A stretch of DNA of 61,522 nt, counting the filler. It is 7 parts of 7 records of this genome, joined end to end, with 100 filler letters (N's around TTAATTAATTAA, not from the genome) between each part and the next. Parts side by side here need not be neighbours in the genome. Positions count along the whole stretch, not along the records: positions 19,379 to 25,948 come from DRR378314_2336; positions 26,049 to 35,875 come from DRR378314_2337; 5 more parts are not named here. One strand, given 5' to 3'. Position numbers and translations under genes: made by a program. Below are positions 24,679 through 34,367 of this stretch, piece by piece; the first letter of the stretch is position 1, and each line of letters begins with the position of its first letter. Below the pieces are notes generated by a model. It made no database searches. It saw only the letters and a list, made by a program, of their open reading frames with translations, and had not been told where the DNA came from.

Positions 24679-25071
24679 TCAATTCAAGAGGCGGATTTTC
24701 AGCTGTACGGGTGTTCGGGGTGGAGACCCTTTGGGCAACAATCGTGGCGGCGCGCGTGGAATCGCAAACTCCACTGACCGGACGGCATTAATGGCAGGCA
24801 GGGGAAGCAATGGCGGGCCAGCGTCAGCGAGTGCCGTTGCAGACACATGCGGGGCTGCCTGAAGGATTGTATAGGACGCCCCTTTACAATGCGCGCAATC
24901 TGCGTGGTCAAGCGCTTGCTGGTCTTCATCGCAATGGTGCGTGCCGTGTGACATGTCCATCGCGGTAGGTGCCGGTACTGCGGCACTGGCCGGTGCGCAG
25001 GCACAGAAGGCCTGCTGCGCGCCGAACAGCACGATCAAAACAGTCGCTATGAGAATTCTTGGCAGACGCAT
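24679..25071 (-). CDS. Small exported Cys/His-rich putative metal-binding protein
   Basis: Signal-like N-terminus, HHC...HADCAHC, Pro-rich C-terminus; first gene of the cop operon. Confidence 0.6.
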   Translation of the reverse strand: MRLPRILIATVLIVLFGAQQAFCACAPASAAVPAPTAMDMSHGTHHCDEDQQALDHADCAHCKGASYTILQAAPHVSATALADAGPPLLPLPAINAVRSVEFAIPRAPPRLLPKGSPPRTPVQLKIRLLN

Positions 25072-25095
25072 TGATTGACCAGCTTTCCAAGCTGC

Positions 25096-25119
25096 ATATA
25101 ATACCCCCCGGAGGTATAT
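25096..25119. promoter_or_regulatory. CsoR-type operator
   Basis: ATATAATACCCCCCGGAGGTATAT: C/G tract flanked by ATAC/GTAT inverted repeats, between the divergent csoR and cop operon. Confidence 0.75.
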
Positions 25120-25123
25120 GTCA

Positions 25124-25387
25124 ATGTCAGAGAAAGTCGTCGCGCGCCTCAAGCGCATTGAAGGCCAGGTGCGTGGACTTGTCAGGATGCTCGAAGAGGA
25201 ACGCTACTGCATCGACGTATTGCACCAGATGCAGGCCGTGAAGTCGGCGCTTGCGCGGGCCGAAAGCCAACTACTGAAGGAACATGCGGCCCATTGTGTG
25301 GCGGACGCCATTGCCTCCGGCAACACAGCGGTTCAGCGTGAAAAGGTCACCGAACTGATCGATCTGTTCGACAAGCTGAAAAGATAA
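25124..25387 (+). CDS. csoR: CsoR/RcnR-family metal-sensing repressor
   Basis: RLKRIEGQVRG, YCIDVL, HAAHCV (C-H-C copper ligands). Confidence 0.88.
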   Translation: MSEKVVARLKRIEGQVRGLVRMLEEERYCIDVLHQMQAVKSALARAESQLLKEHAAHCVADAIASGNTAVQREKVTELIDLFDKLKR

Positions 25388-25671
25388 TTAAGCTTAAACT
25401 AGCGAATCGCGAGTATCGCGCGGCGTGAGCTCGCTCAATCCGGTTTCAGTATCTACGCGCTCACCACAAACGACCGGCCGCTCGCAGATCCTCTATGAAA
25501 TCATCGTCCTCAACTTCTCTGACAGTACTTGGCGTATTATATCCGGAACTCGTCCAATCCGATGACATCGCGATGGGGGAATAGCTCAGCCAGCCGGGCG
25601 AATTGGTCTACCCATCAAGTATCCCTCGTTAGAACCCTGAGATTTCACGCCAGCTGAGCCGACCCCATCGC

Positions 25672-25748
25672 AATTGATCGCCTTCGGCGAATTGCCGCCT
25701 TCCGAGACCCGGCACACCAATGTCCGCTTTCGGGATGAAGTGGTCGAT
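25672..25748. repeat. Two units of the ~30-bp palindromic repeat
   Basis: AATTGATCGCCTTCGGCGAATTGCCGCCTTC (25672) and AATGTCCGCTTTCGGGATGAAGTGGTCGAT (25719), 47-bp period. Confidence 0.5.
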
Positions 25749-25948
25749 GACTATTTACGCCTGACAACACGACCTACCTTCCAACGTACTAGTTCACCGC
25801 CATTCGATCGGGTTCGCGGTACGGGTATTTCAGGCCGGTTCTAGCCGAAGAAATTGGATGCACCCGGGTGGAGGAGGGTGGTGATCCCTAAGACTTCTCT
25901 ACTTTGCTTCGACTGCGTTCTCAGGAGTCCGTAGAGCGCGTTTCACCT

Positions 25949-26048
25949 NNNNNNNNNNNNNNNNNNNNNNNNNNNNNNNNNNNNNNNNNNNNTTAATTAA
26001 TTAANNNNNNNNNNNNNNNNNNNNNNNNNNNNNNNNNNNNNNNNNNNN
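25949..26048. other. Artificial contig linker
   Basis: N44-TTAATTAATTAA-N44. Confidence 0.99.
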
Positions 26049-26186
26049 TGCTGAGTGGGGAGTCCATATCATTCGTTAACTGTATCTAGCCAAGAAGGTA
26101 AAGGTAGTGTATTTACATTAAACCTACCTTATTGCACTTAAATTCAGACATTGAACTTTTGTAGAGTAATAAATAATAAATGACAC

Positions 26187-26303
26187 TACTACTTTAAGTA
26201 GCTTTTGTTCAACTTCTACAACATTTTTACCCATGGCAAATTTAGTGCGATTAGATACTCGATCAATATGAGTATCCACGGCTATGGTAGGGCAGTCAAA
26301 AGA
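26187..26303 (-). pseudogene. nth: Endonuclease III internal fragment (copy 3; putative att scar)
   Basis: Minus strand reads SFDCPTIAVDTHIDRVSNRTKFAMGKNVVEVEQKLLKVV, matching Nth AFGWPTIAVDTHIFRV...GKNVEQVEEKLLKVV; no start codon, truncated at both ends. Confidence 0.9.
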
Positions 26304-26361
26304 TAAGTAGGGTAGATTTGCAAAATCAAACGAGTTTTACACATCAACACTTTAGTTATTA

Positions 26362-27033
26362 TCACTTGAGCGTATTCTTCTTATCGATATTGATGGGGTT
26401 TTTATCGAGTAAAGTGAGTGTTTTTAAATCATGTAACCATAAATTTTTGATGGTAGGTGTTATTGATATAATCAATAAGAGCGCCATGATCATGTTAAAT
26501 CTCTTAATGTATTTACTACTGGTAAAATGCTTTTTTAAAAAAGCCCCAAAAAATACCCAAATACCAACACATATTGGTCCCGCTATCAAAAATGAACAGG
26601 TAAGTAGCAGTATTTGACTAATGTATGAATTGCCAGCTGTGGTATATGCTGACACTGCACTTAGGCATACTATCCATGCTTTTGCATTTACCCATTGAAA
26701 TAGTAAGCCTTTTGAGAAACTTAACGGTTTATCGTATTTGAAATTCTCGTTTCCCTCACCGCTGTTTGCTATGACAAAAGCTAAATAGAGCAAATAAGCG
26801 ATACCGATAACTTTTATGTAAATCGTCAGCTGAGGGAACAAAGAAAAAACTTGTCCAAACCCAAGACCAACGATAAACAGCATAATGGAAAAGCCGATGC
26901 TAATTCCCCATAGCAAAGGCAAACTCTTTCTGGCGCCAAAACTAACAGCAGAAGCCATTGCCATAATAGTATTTGGTCCGGGTGTAACAGATGCAGAAAT
27001 TGAAAAGATAATCACGGAGATTAAATACTCCAT
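26362..27033 (-). CDS. LysE-family exporter
   Basis: TPGPNT, YLLYLAF, FQWVNAKAW. Confidence 0.9.
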   Translation of the reverse strand: MEYLISVIIFSISASVTPGPNTIMAMASAVSFGARKSLPLLWGISIGFSIMLFIVGLGFGQVFSLFPQLTIYIKVIGIAYLLYLAFVIANSGEGNENFKYDKPLSFSKGLLFQWVNAKAWIVCLSAVSAYTTAGNSYISQILLLTCSFLIAGPICVGIWVFFGAFLKKHFTSSKYIKRFNMIMALLLIISITPTIKNLWLHDLKTLTLLDKNPINIDKKNTLK

Positions 27034-27090
27034 AAAAGCTCCTGTACGGCCTATATTATCAATTACAGTTATATTTGACGTTATAAAGGG

Positions 27091-27792
27091 TTAGGTTATT
27101 TTTCCATCACTAAAATAATAAGCGATGAGGCCTAAGGAGTTGATCAACCCATGCGCAATGATCAGTGGGAATAATTTTCGACCGTTATATAAATATACCA
27201 AAGCGAAAATGACAGCTACAACACCCGTGCTAATAATTCCTGGTATACCTTGAGATATATGAAGCATACCAAAAATAGTCGCGTGCAAGACAACGGCTGA
27301 AAAAATGCCTGCTTTCCTTTCTCCAAATAACGACATTAGGCTGTTCAATAAAAAACCACGCATTAATAGCTCTTCACCTATCGCTGCACCAACCCAAATT
27401 ACGACTAGTAAATATATAGCTAAATACAAAGGATTACCTAATAAGAATTCAAACCTATCGGTAGAACTTTTGGGTATGGTGACATCAAGGGCACTTGAAA
27501 TAATTGGAACTACTGCTGCCATAAATGCGAGCACTATCACCACTATTAAAATGGCAATGCCTATAGATTTGAACAAACTTCTCCCATCAGTAGGTAAGTT
27601 AAATCCGCGACTTTTCCATGTGATGTCTTGTTTCTTCATAAAGTATGTTGCGACAAATATTCCACACCACATTGCGATTGAACCCGCACCAATAACACTT
27701 AACCTGTCTGCGATGTCTTTAACGAGTAACATTACGCCCAGGACTACAACAACTTCAAAAATTGTTTGTTGTTTCGAAGTTAACTTTATCAT
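27091..27792 (-). CDS. CPBP/Abi (CAAX-type) intramembrane protease
   Basis: EELLMRGFL, FGMLH, AHGLIN motifs. Confidence 0.9.
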   Translation of the reverse strand: MIKLTSKQQTIFEVVVVLGVMLLVKDIADRLSVIGAGSIAMWCGIFVATYFMKKQDITWKSRGFNLPTDGRSLFKSIGIAILIVVIVLAFMAAVVPIISSALDVTIPKSSTDRFEFLLGNPLYLAIYLLVVIWVGAAIGEELLMRGFLLNSLMSLFGERKAGIFSAVVLHATIFGMLHISQGIPGIISTGVVAVIFALVYLYNGRKLFPLIIAHGLINSLGLIAYYFSDGKIT

Positions 27793-27930
27793 TATCAAAT
27801 TTTTCCTAATATTGCCGAGCTTTAACTTTTCGGTGGTATTGTATTGGCCTATTAAAATAATGGTTTAGTCCTTATTATTTAAATGATAATATTTAATTGA
27901 TTTATTAGTAAAAGAGATAATTGGTTTCTA

Positions 27931-28860
27931 ATGGCATTACATCCAGCAACGTTAACTTGTCTTCAAGTATTTAGCGCAATAGTTGAAGAGGGTGTTTTTA
28001 GTAGGGCATCTGAACGGTTGGGGTTGACGCAAAGCGCGGTAAGCCACCGAATAAAACAATTGGAAGAAATCACAGGTGTAACACTTATTAATAGAACAAC
28101 GAGATATATGAAGGTGACTGATGTTGGCCAACGTTTATATAATCAGTCTCGACTGAATCTTGTTGAACTAGAGCGTACATTATCCAGTTTGAAAAGCATG
28201 TCTGAAGCTCCTTTAAGTTTAACCACTATATCGTCATTAGCGACCAAGTGGTTGCTACCTAAACTCAGTGAGTACAACCAAGAACACCCTAATCAGCCAT
28301 TATCGGTGCTAACTGATGATAAAATTATCGACTTAAATTATGAAGGCATCGATGCCGCAATACGCCTAACCGATATTAACGATCCTGCTCTGCATATGAC
28401 CTTTATTTGTGATGAATGGGTTTTTCCCGTAGCAAGTGGTGCTATAGCTAAAGATGAAAATATTATTGCTCAACCAAACCTGTTATTAGATTTTCCTTGG
28501 CTTATAGATGTTATTGCTGAAAAAGGAAGTGATGAAAGCTCTTGGAAAGGTTGGCTCAGCAACCAAGCACTAGGTTTTCCTGACAATCATAAGAAGCAAA
28601 GCTTTAACCGAACTGACATTGCACTTCAGGCGGCGGCGGCGGGGCAAGGGGTTGCCATCGCTAGGGCAAGTTTAGTTGAAACAGATATGCTGGAAATGAA
28701 ACTTTTTAAACAAGTAGGACGTGCAGTAAAGATGAAATATTCATATTATTTTGTATGTCCTCATGAAAAGGCAGATCACCCTGTGATAGCCAACCTTAGA
28801 GATTGGATATCCAAAGAACTAAAGGCATCAGTGAGCAGAGTTAAGCAGCATATTTGTTAA
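27931..28860 (+). CDS. LysR-family regulator (GcvA-like)
   Basis: LTQSAVSHRIKQLE, WLLPKL, AAAAGQGVAI; divergent from CPBP-lysE. Confidence 0.9.
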   Translation: MALHPATLTCLQVFSAIVEEGVFSRASERLGLTQSAVSHRIKQLEEITGVTLINRTTRYMKVTDVGQRLYNQSRLNLVELERTLSSLKSMSEAPLSLTTISSLATKWLLPKLSEYNQEHPNQPLSVLTDDKIIDLNYEGIDAAIRLTDINDPALHMTFICDEWVFPVASGAIAKDENIIAQPNLLLDFPWLIDVIAEKGSDESSWKGWLSNQALGFPDNHKKQSFNRTDIALQAAAAGQGVAIARASLVETDMLEMKLFKQVGRAVKMKYSYYFVCPHEKADHPVIANLRDWISKELKASVSRVKQHIC

Positions 28861-29015
28861 ATACAATACACGTGAAATAAAGTGTCTAATTAACTAGGGA
28901 TAGATAATTGGCATGTGTGTAAATGCGTTAGCATTTAATAGTCCAATAAGTCGGTTGCATTAAGCATAATTCCAGAATACTCATCTTTCAGCTTGTGTAA
29001 TTAATGTGAACCTAG

Positions 29016-29263
29016 TTATTCACTCTGGTCTTTAAACTCACACAAATCTTCAATAATACAAGCGCCGCACTTGGGTTTACGGGCTACGCAAGTATATCGA
29101 CCCTGAAGAATAAGCCAGTGATGCACATCGACTTTAAATTCTTTCGGTACAACTTTTAGACGTTTCTGTTCAACCTGTACTACGTTTTACCCATCGCAAA
29201 TTTAGTGCGATTGGATACGCGGCCGATGTGGGTGTCTACAGCGATAGTAGGCCAGCCAAAAGA
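29016..29263 (-). pseudogene. nth: Endonuclease III 3' segment (copy 2; putative att scar) with one frameshift
   Basis: FGWPTIAVDTHIGRVSNRTKFAMGK/(1-nt deletion)/[55 protein letters not shown]; includes the CX6CX2CX5C 4Fe-4S motif. Confidence 0.93.
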
Positions 29264-29375
29264 TAATTAAAGTAGGCATTGTGACTGACTCAATTTTTAG
29301 ATCTGCTTTTAGCCAAAAGCTGAGCTTAACTCTTGAGTTACTAAAATCAGTTTAGCAGAGCCTAAAATCGACAAA
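29251..29375. repeat. Palindromic-unit array abutting the nth junction
   Basis: Half unit AAAGTAGGCATT ending at 29280; units TAGATCTGCTTTTAGCCAAAAGCTGAGCTT (29298) and ~29343; homologous to 34589-34710. Confidence 0.65.
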
Positions 29376-29517
29376 ATGCCTTTATGAAATAAACCGCAAC
29401 CTAATCTAAGACCTGGCCTCTGCTAGTTTATGAGGCTAAACCAATCTGTTAGCCGACTATCAGTTTCAAATACGCGAGAAAGTTATATTTAACGAAAAAT
29501 AGCAAAACGCGTTTTAT

Positions 29518-31587
29518 TTAATTACTAGAGAATACATCGAAATTTCGATTCTTCGTATAAGCATATACAAGAGACATTTTTGAAATATCAAATCGGGATG
29601 GTAATTGGTCTGCCAAAATATCAATTTTCTTCGTTTTTTCTGAATACCTTTTTATTGCGTTTTTTTGTCCTAATGCTAACCAGTACCATTGTTCACCATA
29701 CTTCTTAATATTTAAAGAACGATGAGTAATTAAGGAAATATCATCAGTCGGAGTATTTGTATCTATCGTTCCATTTGGTCCTGATTTCACAATATTGTTT
29801 TGGTCTACCCAAATAGTGTTTCCAGAATTACTTGCATGCTGGACATATTTCCAATTGGGCGATTCAATTGATGAAATTTCACTCATTAAGTCATAAATAT
29901 GAACTTGCCATTTACCTTGTTTCTTCATGCTAAAACTAATTTGTTGATCTGTTTTGAACGATACAGCGCGCAGTTCCTGCTCTGGTAAAGGTAATTTGGT
30001 GACTTTAAAATCAGATAAATTAATATAAAATATACTATTGATACCCAGTGCTATTAGCGCTTGGCCATTTGGAGAAAACTTCAAATCGAAGTAGTGATTT
30101 TGGTTATCAAAGTTAGTTAGCTTTAAGCGCTTTTCTGTCACAACATCATAAAGCCATATTTGTTCACTGCCTGTAGCTTCACTTATATAAGCTACTGCTT
30201 TACCGTTTGGAGAAAATGCTGGTAGCCTGTCACTAACACTAGCATTTGCAATAGTTTTGCTGTTCCCATTAATTAGATCTACAAGTTTAATATCTTTGTT
30301 ATGCCTACCTGCAACATATAAATAGTCCGTGCCGTTACTATGTCTGTAGGGTCTTACGATTTGTTCACTGGCAGAAAAAATAATTTCTTTTTCCTTACCT
30401 GATAAATCATAGCTAGCCAATTGATATGATGGGAAACCATCCATAAGGACAATTCTGTCTCCTTGGTGAGACCATATTCCGCAGCAAATATAAGCATTTT
30501 GCTTGAACAGTAAATTAAGTTTTTCACTATCTAAATCAAGAGAGTAAAACCCTACCCACTGCTTTTCATCAGGCGATGAAATGAGAAGCTTGTTTTTTGT
30601 TGGGTGGAGATCAAATTGACTATTTCCTGCCAGATGAACACTCGGCTGATTTAATCGTGTTTTTATTTTGGTTTTAAGATTTAACTCAAATAATTCATAG
30701 GGTGTACCAGCCCCGTTATTTTCTGAAAATACAACTGTATTCTTATCGTGGGTATACGACATCCCCCCATAACTTCCTTTATTACAAGTATAAATTAATT
30801 CTGGCTCTTCTAATTGCAGACCATTAACGGCTCTAGTGTAGTATTGGCAAGTATTGACACTAGTTACCAAGTAAACTATTTCTTTACCGTCTGGGCTCCA
30901 ACTCGCAGGACCAACATCTGCATCATTACTATGTTGCACATATACTTTCTCATGACTTTTTAAACTTTTGATGACAAGGTTAATTTGGTTGTCTGATGTA
31001 ATCGACATATAGCTAATTCTAGTGCCATCAGGAGAAATCGAAGGTTGAACTTCATTACCGGCATCAGTGGTAAGAACAATTGAACCTGAAATTTTAATGT
31101 CTTTATTTATTGTTAGCTCAGAACTAGGTTTTTTTTGAACAAATAGCAACCAAGAACAAAATATAGCAATTAACAGAAAAGTTGCTAGTAACAAAAGTTT
31201 GTGATTACTTTTTCTAATTATTTCGTTGCTTCGATCAGCATGTATTTCGATCAAAGGTTGTTTTTCTTTATAATCAGCTAAAGGTTGAACATTAGCGATA
31301 AACTTGTAACCTTTTTTTGGAAAAGTAGCGATAAAGTTAGGCTTTCTTGCATCATCTAGAAATACTTTCCTGAGCTTTGTGATAATCCTAGTCACAGCAT
31401 TATCGGAAACAATGCGCCCTTGCCATACATATTCAATTAGTCGGTCTTTACTAATGATTTCATTCGGATGCTGACAAAAGTAAACTAAAAGCTCTACCAT
31501 CATAGGTTCTAACTGGCTCGAACCATCCTCAGATATCAAAGTCTGCTTTTCGTCACAAAAAATATAATGATTAATTTGCCAACGCAT
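29518..31587 (-). CDS. CadC/ToxR-like transmembrane one-component regulator (wHTH + TM + TolB/PD40 propellers)
   Basis: LEPMMVELL...VWQGRIVSDNAV...IATFPKKGYKF, a single TM, SPDG/WSPDG/FSPNG repeats; start set at MRWQ. Confidence 0.88.
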   Translation of the reverse strand: MRWQINHYIFCDEKQTLISEDGSSQLEPMMVELLVYFCQHPNEIISKDRLIEYVWQGRIVSDNAVTRIITKLRKVFLDDARKPNFIATFPKKGYKFIANVQPLADYKEKQPLIEIHADRSNEIIRKSNHKLLLLATFLLIAIFCSWLLFVQKKPSSELTINKDIKISGSIVLTTDAGNEVQPSISPDGTRISYMSITSDNQINLVIKSLKSHEKVYVQHSNDADVGPASWSPDGKEIVYLVTSVNTCQYYTRAVNGLQLEEPELIYTCNKGSYGGMSYTHDKNTVVFSENNGAGTPYELFELNLKTKIKTRLNQPSVHLAGNSQFDLHPTKNKLLISSPDEKQWVGFYSLDLDSEKLNLLFKQNAYICCGIWSHQGDRIVLMDGFPSYQLASYDLSGKEKEIIFSASEQIVRPYRHSNGTDYLYVAGRHNKDIKLVDLINGNSKTIANASVSDRLPAFSPNGKAVAYISEATGSEQIWLYDVVTEKRLKLTNFDNQNHYFDLKFSPNGQALIALGINSIFYINLSDFKVTKLPLPEQELRAVSFKTDQQISFSMKKQGKWQVHIYDLMSEISSIESPNWKYVQHASNSGNTIWVDQNNIVKSGPNGTIDTNTPTDDISLITHRSLNIKKYGEQWYWLALGQKNAIKRYSEKTKKIDILADQLPSRFDISKMSLVYAYTKNRNFDVFSSN

Positions 31588-31643
31588 ATAAAATATTTTA
31601 ACAAAGGTAAGTATCTGAAAATTAACATACACCCTCCATTTAG

Positions 31644-31692
31644 TCACATAAAATCATAACAAATCACAAGATTATCACGACTTATTTTCACC
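31644..31692. promoter_or_regulatory. Phased TCA(C/T) direct repeats, probable wHTH binding site
   Basis: TCACA/TCATA/TCACA/TCACG at 31644, 31654, 31664, 31675 in the divergent promoter. Confidence 0.55.
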
Positions 31693-31747
31693 ATTCCCTT
31701 AACTTCTTTTCGCAATCTAAATTTATTGAACTAAAAAGCAGGTACCT

Positions 31748-33262
31748 ATGAATAAAGCGTCTTATCTATTGGCCATTGCAGCTTCTATTTCTCTAACGTC
31801 ATGTTCTGTGAGCGGTACAAAAAGTGAAGCGACATTAAGGGCTGCGAGTGTTTGTTTTTCAACTAACTCAAGTGCAGATATTAAAGCCCAATTTGAAAAC
31901 GGTATCGTGTCGAAAACGATATTCACTAACAAAGAGGAATCTTTATCTAGCATTGAAGAACGGTTAGAAGATCTTAATATTCCTTCCCTTTCATTAGCTG
32001 TAATGAACGGTGGTATTATCGAGTGGTCTGCTATTTATAATTCACCATCAAACAAAGCGCTAATAGATTGTAATACACGTTATCAAGTGGCTTCATTATC
32101 AAAGCCTGTCACTGTCATGGCTGCGATCCGCATGCAATCAAATGGGTATATCGATCTAAATGAAAATATCGAAAACTATTTAAAGAGCTATAAACTGCCA
32201 AAAGGCAAGCAAACGAAGAGTGCGCCTATTACGATTAAAAATACGCTAGATCACTCTTCGGGGATTAATTCTGGAGGTTTTTTAGGGTATCAACAAGGTT
32301 CGCCTATACCATCTGATATTGAAATATTAAAAGGTAATAAGCATTCAAATTCAGCACCTTTATCTGTTGTTAGTAAACCAGGAGTGCAACTTGCTTATTC
32401 AGGAACAGCATATACGTTAGCTCAAGTTGCATTAAAGGATATATTCAAAAAAGATTTTTCCAGCATTATGGATAAATGGATCTTGTCGCCGTTGGGGATG
32501 GAAAACTCCAGTTATCGTTCTCCTGATATATCTTCTAAAAATCAACCAAACTCAAAAATACAGGCAATTTCAATTGCTAAAGGGCATGACTCTGATGGTA
32601 AAGAAATAGAAGGTGGTTGGAGAGTTCATCCTGAACTAGCCGCCGCTGGAATGTGGAGTAACGCCAATGATATGGCTACTTTTATGCTTGAAATATACAA
32701 AGGCTACCAAGGCAAGAGTACTTTGTTTTCTCAATCAGAGATAAAGCAAATGCTTGAAAATGAAAAAGGTGGCCACGTTTATGGGTTTATTTTAAACCAT
32801 GAAGGTGATGACATTACTCTCACCCATTTTGGCGGTAATGTGGGTTACCGAGCTGGCATGACTATTAGCTTAAAAACGGGAGATGGCTTAGTTTATTTAC
32901 TTAATTCTGACAATGGTGCAGCGTTAGGAAACCAATTAATGATGACCGCATCAAAACTGTACGATTGGTCCAGCTTTAAACAAATCATCAAAACCAAACG
33001 TGAAGCCAAGATGGAGATATTGAAGTCTCTAGTAGGTAATTACTTGTGGAACGAGCAACTAGCGTTATCCATTAGTTATGAAGATGAACATCAACAGATT
33101 TCACTGCATTTCCCCAATGGTGATCAATACAAACTCACTCCTATAAAAGGAGTTGGTAAATCCTTTATACATCAGGACACTGCCACACTTGTCTCTTTTA
33201 ACTCATGGGATAAAGAGACTGAATTTACTGTATATGGACAACGAGCTGTAAGAATGAAATAA
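31748..33262 (+). CDS. Serine hydrolase (beta-lactamase class C-like) lipoprotein
   Basis: Lipobox LTSC, ASLSK (SxxK), LAYSG, HFGGNVGY, extra C-terminal domain. Confidence 0.85.
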   Translation: MNKASYLLAIAASISLTSCSVSGTKSEATLRAASVCFSTNSSADIKAQFENGIVSKTIFTNKEESLSSIEERLEDLNIPSLSLAVMNGGIIEWSAIYNSPSNKALIDCNTRYQVASLSKPVTVMAAIRMQSNGYIDLNENIENYLKSYKLPKGKQTKSAPITIKNTLDHSSGINSGGFLGYQQGSPIPSDIEILKGNKHSNSAPLSVVSKPGVQLAYSGTAYTLAQVALKDIFKKDFSSIMDKWILSPLGMENSSYRSPDISSKNQPNSKIQAISIAKGHDSDGKEIEGGWRVHPELAAAGMWSNANDMATFMLEIYKGYQGKSTLFSQSEIKQMLENEKGGHVYGFILNHEGDDITLTHFGGNVGYRAGMTISLKTGDGLVYLLNSDNGAALGNQLMMTASKLYDWSSFKQIIKTKREAKMEILKSLVGNYLWNEQLALSISYEDEHQQISLHFPNGDQYKLTPIKGVGKSFIHQDTATLVSFNSWDKETEFTVYGQRAVRMK

Positions 33263-33330
33263 CGCCAACACGCCTCGTTAACAATGAGCGTGAATGACAC
33301 CCGAAAGCAATTTACTAAAAGGAAAAAAAG

Positions 33331-34083
33331 ATGAAAACACTAACGGCGATAATACTAACATTACTGATACTCACGGCAAATGCGACAGCAGAGCCTAGAA
33401 AAAAAATATTAATAGTTGCCTCTAATATGATTGATATGGGCGATCCTGAAAAACACGACGCAAGAAATAATTTATGGGAATTCGCTCCGCCGTATCATAT
33501 TTTTGTTAGTCATGGATTTGATGTCGACTTTGTATCACCTCAAGGTGGAAAAGTGGATTTTATGATGGATCCATTAGGTATTAGTAGTTACACCATCAAG
33601 TATGAAGGTTTTCTAGAAAAAACGAACAGTTCATTATCGCCTGCTCAAACTGATCCAAATGACTACTGGGGAGTATTCATCGGTGGTGGTTACGGGGTTA
33701 TGTTTGACGTTGCAGATAATAAGGAAATACATTCGATTATAAGCCGGGTATATGAATCAGGTGGTATTGTCGGTGTCGGCGGTCATGGCTCAGCAGGCAT
33801 CGTAAACGTAAAATTACCGAACGGTGAATTTTTGGTGAAAGGAAAAAAAGTGGCCGGTTTTCCTAACTCTACCGAAAAATCTAAATCATGGGCAAAGCAA
33901 GGGACACTTTTGCCTTTTCTTATTGAAAGTCAGTTAAATAAAAATGGCGCTATCGCTCAGAATAAGAAAACACTAAAAGATAAACATGCAGTAGTAGTAG
34001 ACCAACGAATCGTCTCAACAATGTTCTTGCCTCCAGCAGCACTTGTCGCAAAAGAAATGATTTTATTGAAAGAAGCTAAATAA
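33331..34083 (+). CDS. Secreted DJ-1/PfpI (Hsp31-like) protein lacking the nucleophile Cys
   Basis: Signal peptide, WEFAPPY, VSPQGG, GGGYG, GGHG in place of xCHG. Confidence 0.8.
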   Translation: MKTLTAIILTLLILTANATAEPRKKILIVASNMIDMGDPEKHDARNNLWEFAPPYHIFVSHGFDVDFVSPQGGKVDFMMDPLGISSYTIKYEGFLEKTNSSLSPAQTDPNDYWGVFIGGGYGVMFDVADNKEIHSIISRVYESGGIVGVGGHGSAGIVNVKLPNGEFLVKGKKVAGFPNSTEKSKSWAKQGTLLPFLIESQLNKNGAIAQNKKTLKDKHAVVVDQRIVSTMFLPPAALVAKEMILLKEAK

Positions 34084-34367
34084 AGCGCCGATGACGCAAG
34101 TAGCTTATGCTACTTAGCAATGCGCTCGATTTTTATTTGAATTAAGTACAACAAGGAAACTGACTGCATGGTTAACCCACTAAAATATTAAACTTTTATC
34201 GTATCGTAATTACCAGCTTGATGTTGAACAGCGACGCACACGGGCAGGTTGGTGGTAGTGCGGGCTACGATAGCTCTTTACGAGCAATTGAACCTAAAAG
34301 TATACCTTTAATGCCGGACTTGCTGGTTCCTCTTCGCCTCAAATAGGTAGATTAATAGTGGCGAAAA

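Noticed and set aside
25780-25948. Possible mobile-element end or structured RNA at the end of contig 3
   Set aside because: No ORF, terminal repeat or motif I can identify, and it is truncated by the linker; a BLAST search would be needed.
26318-27868. Plus-strand ORFs 26318-26617 and 27305-27868
   Set aside because: They are antisense to the lysE and CPBP genes, which have clear family motifs.
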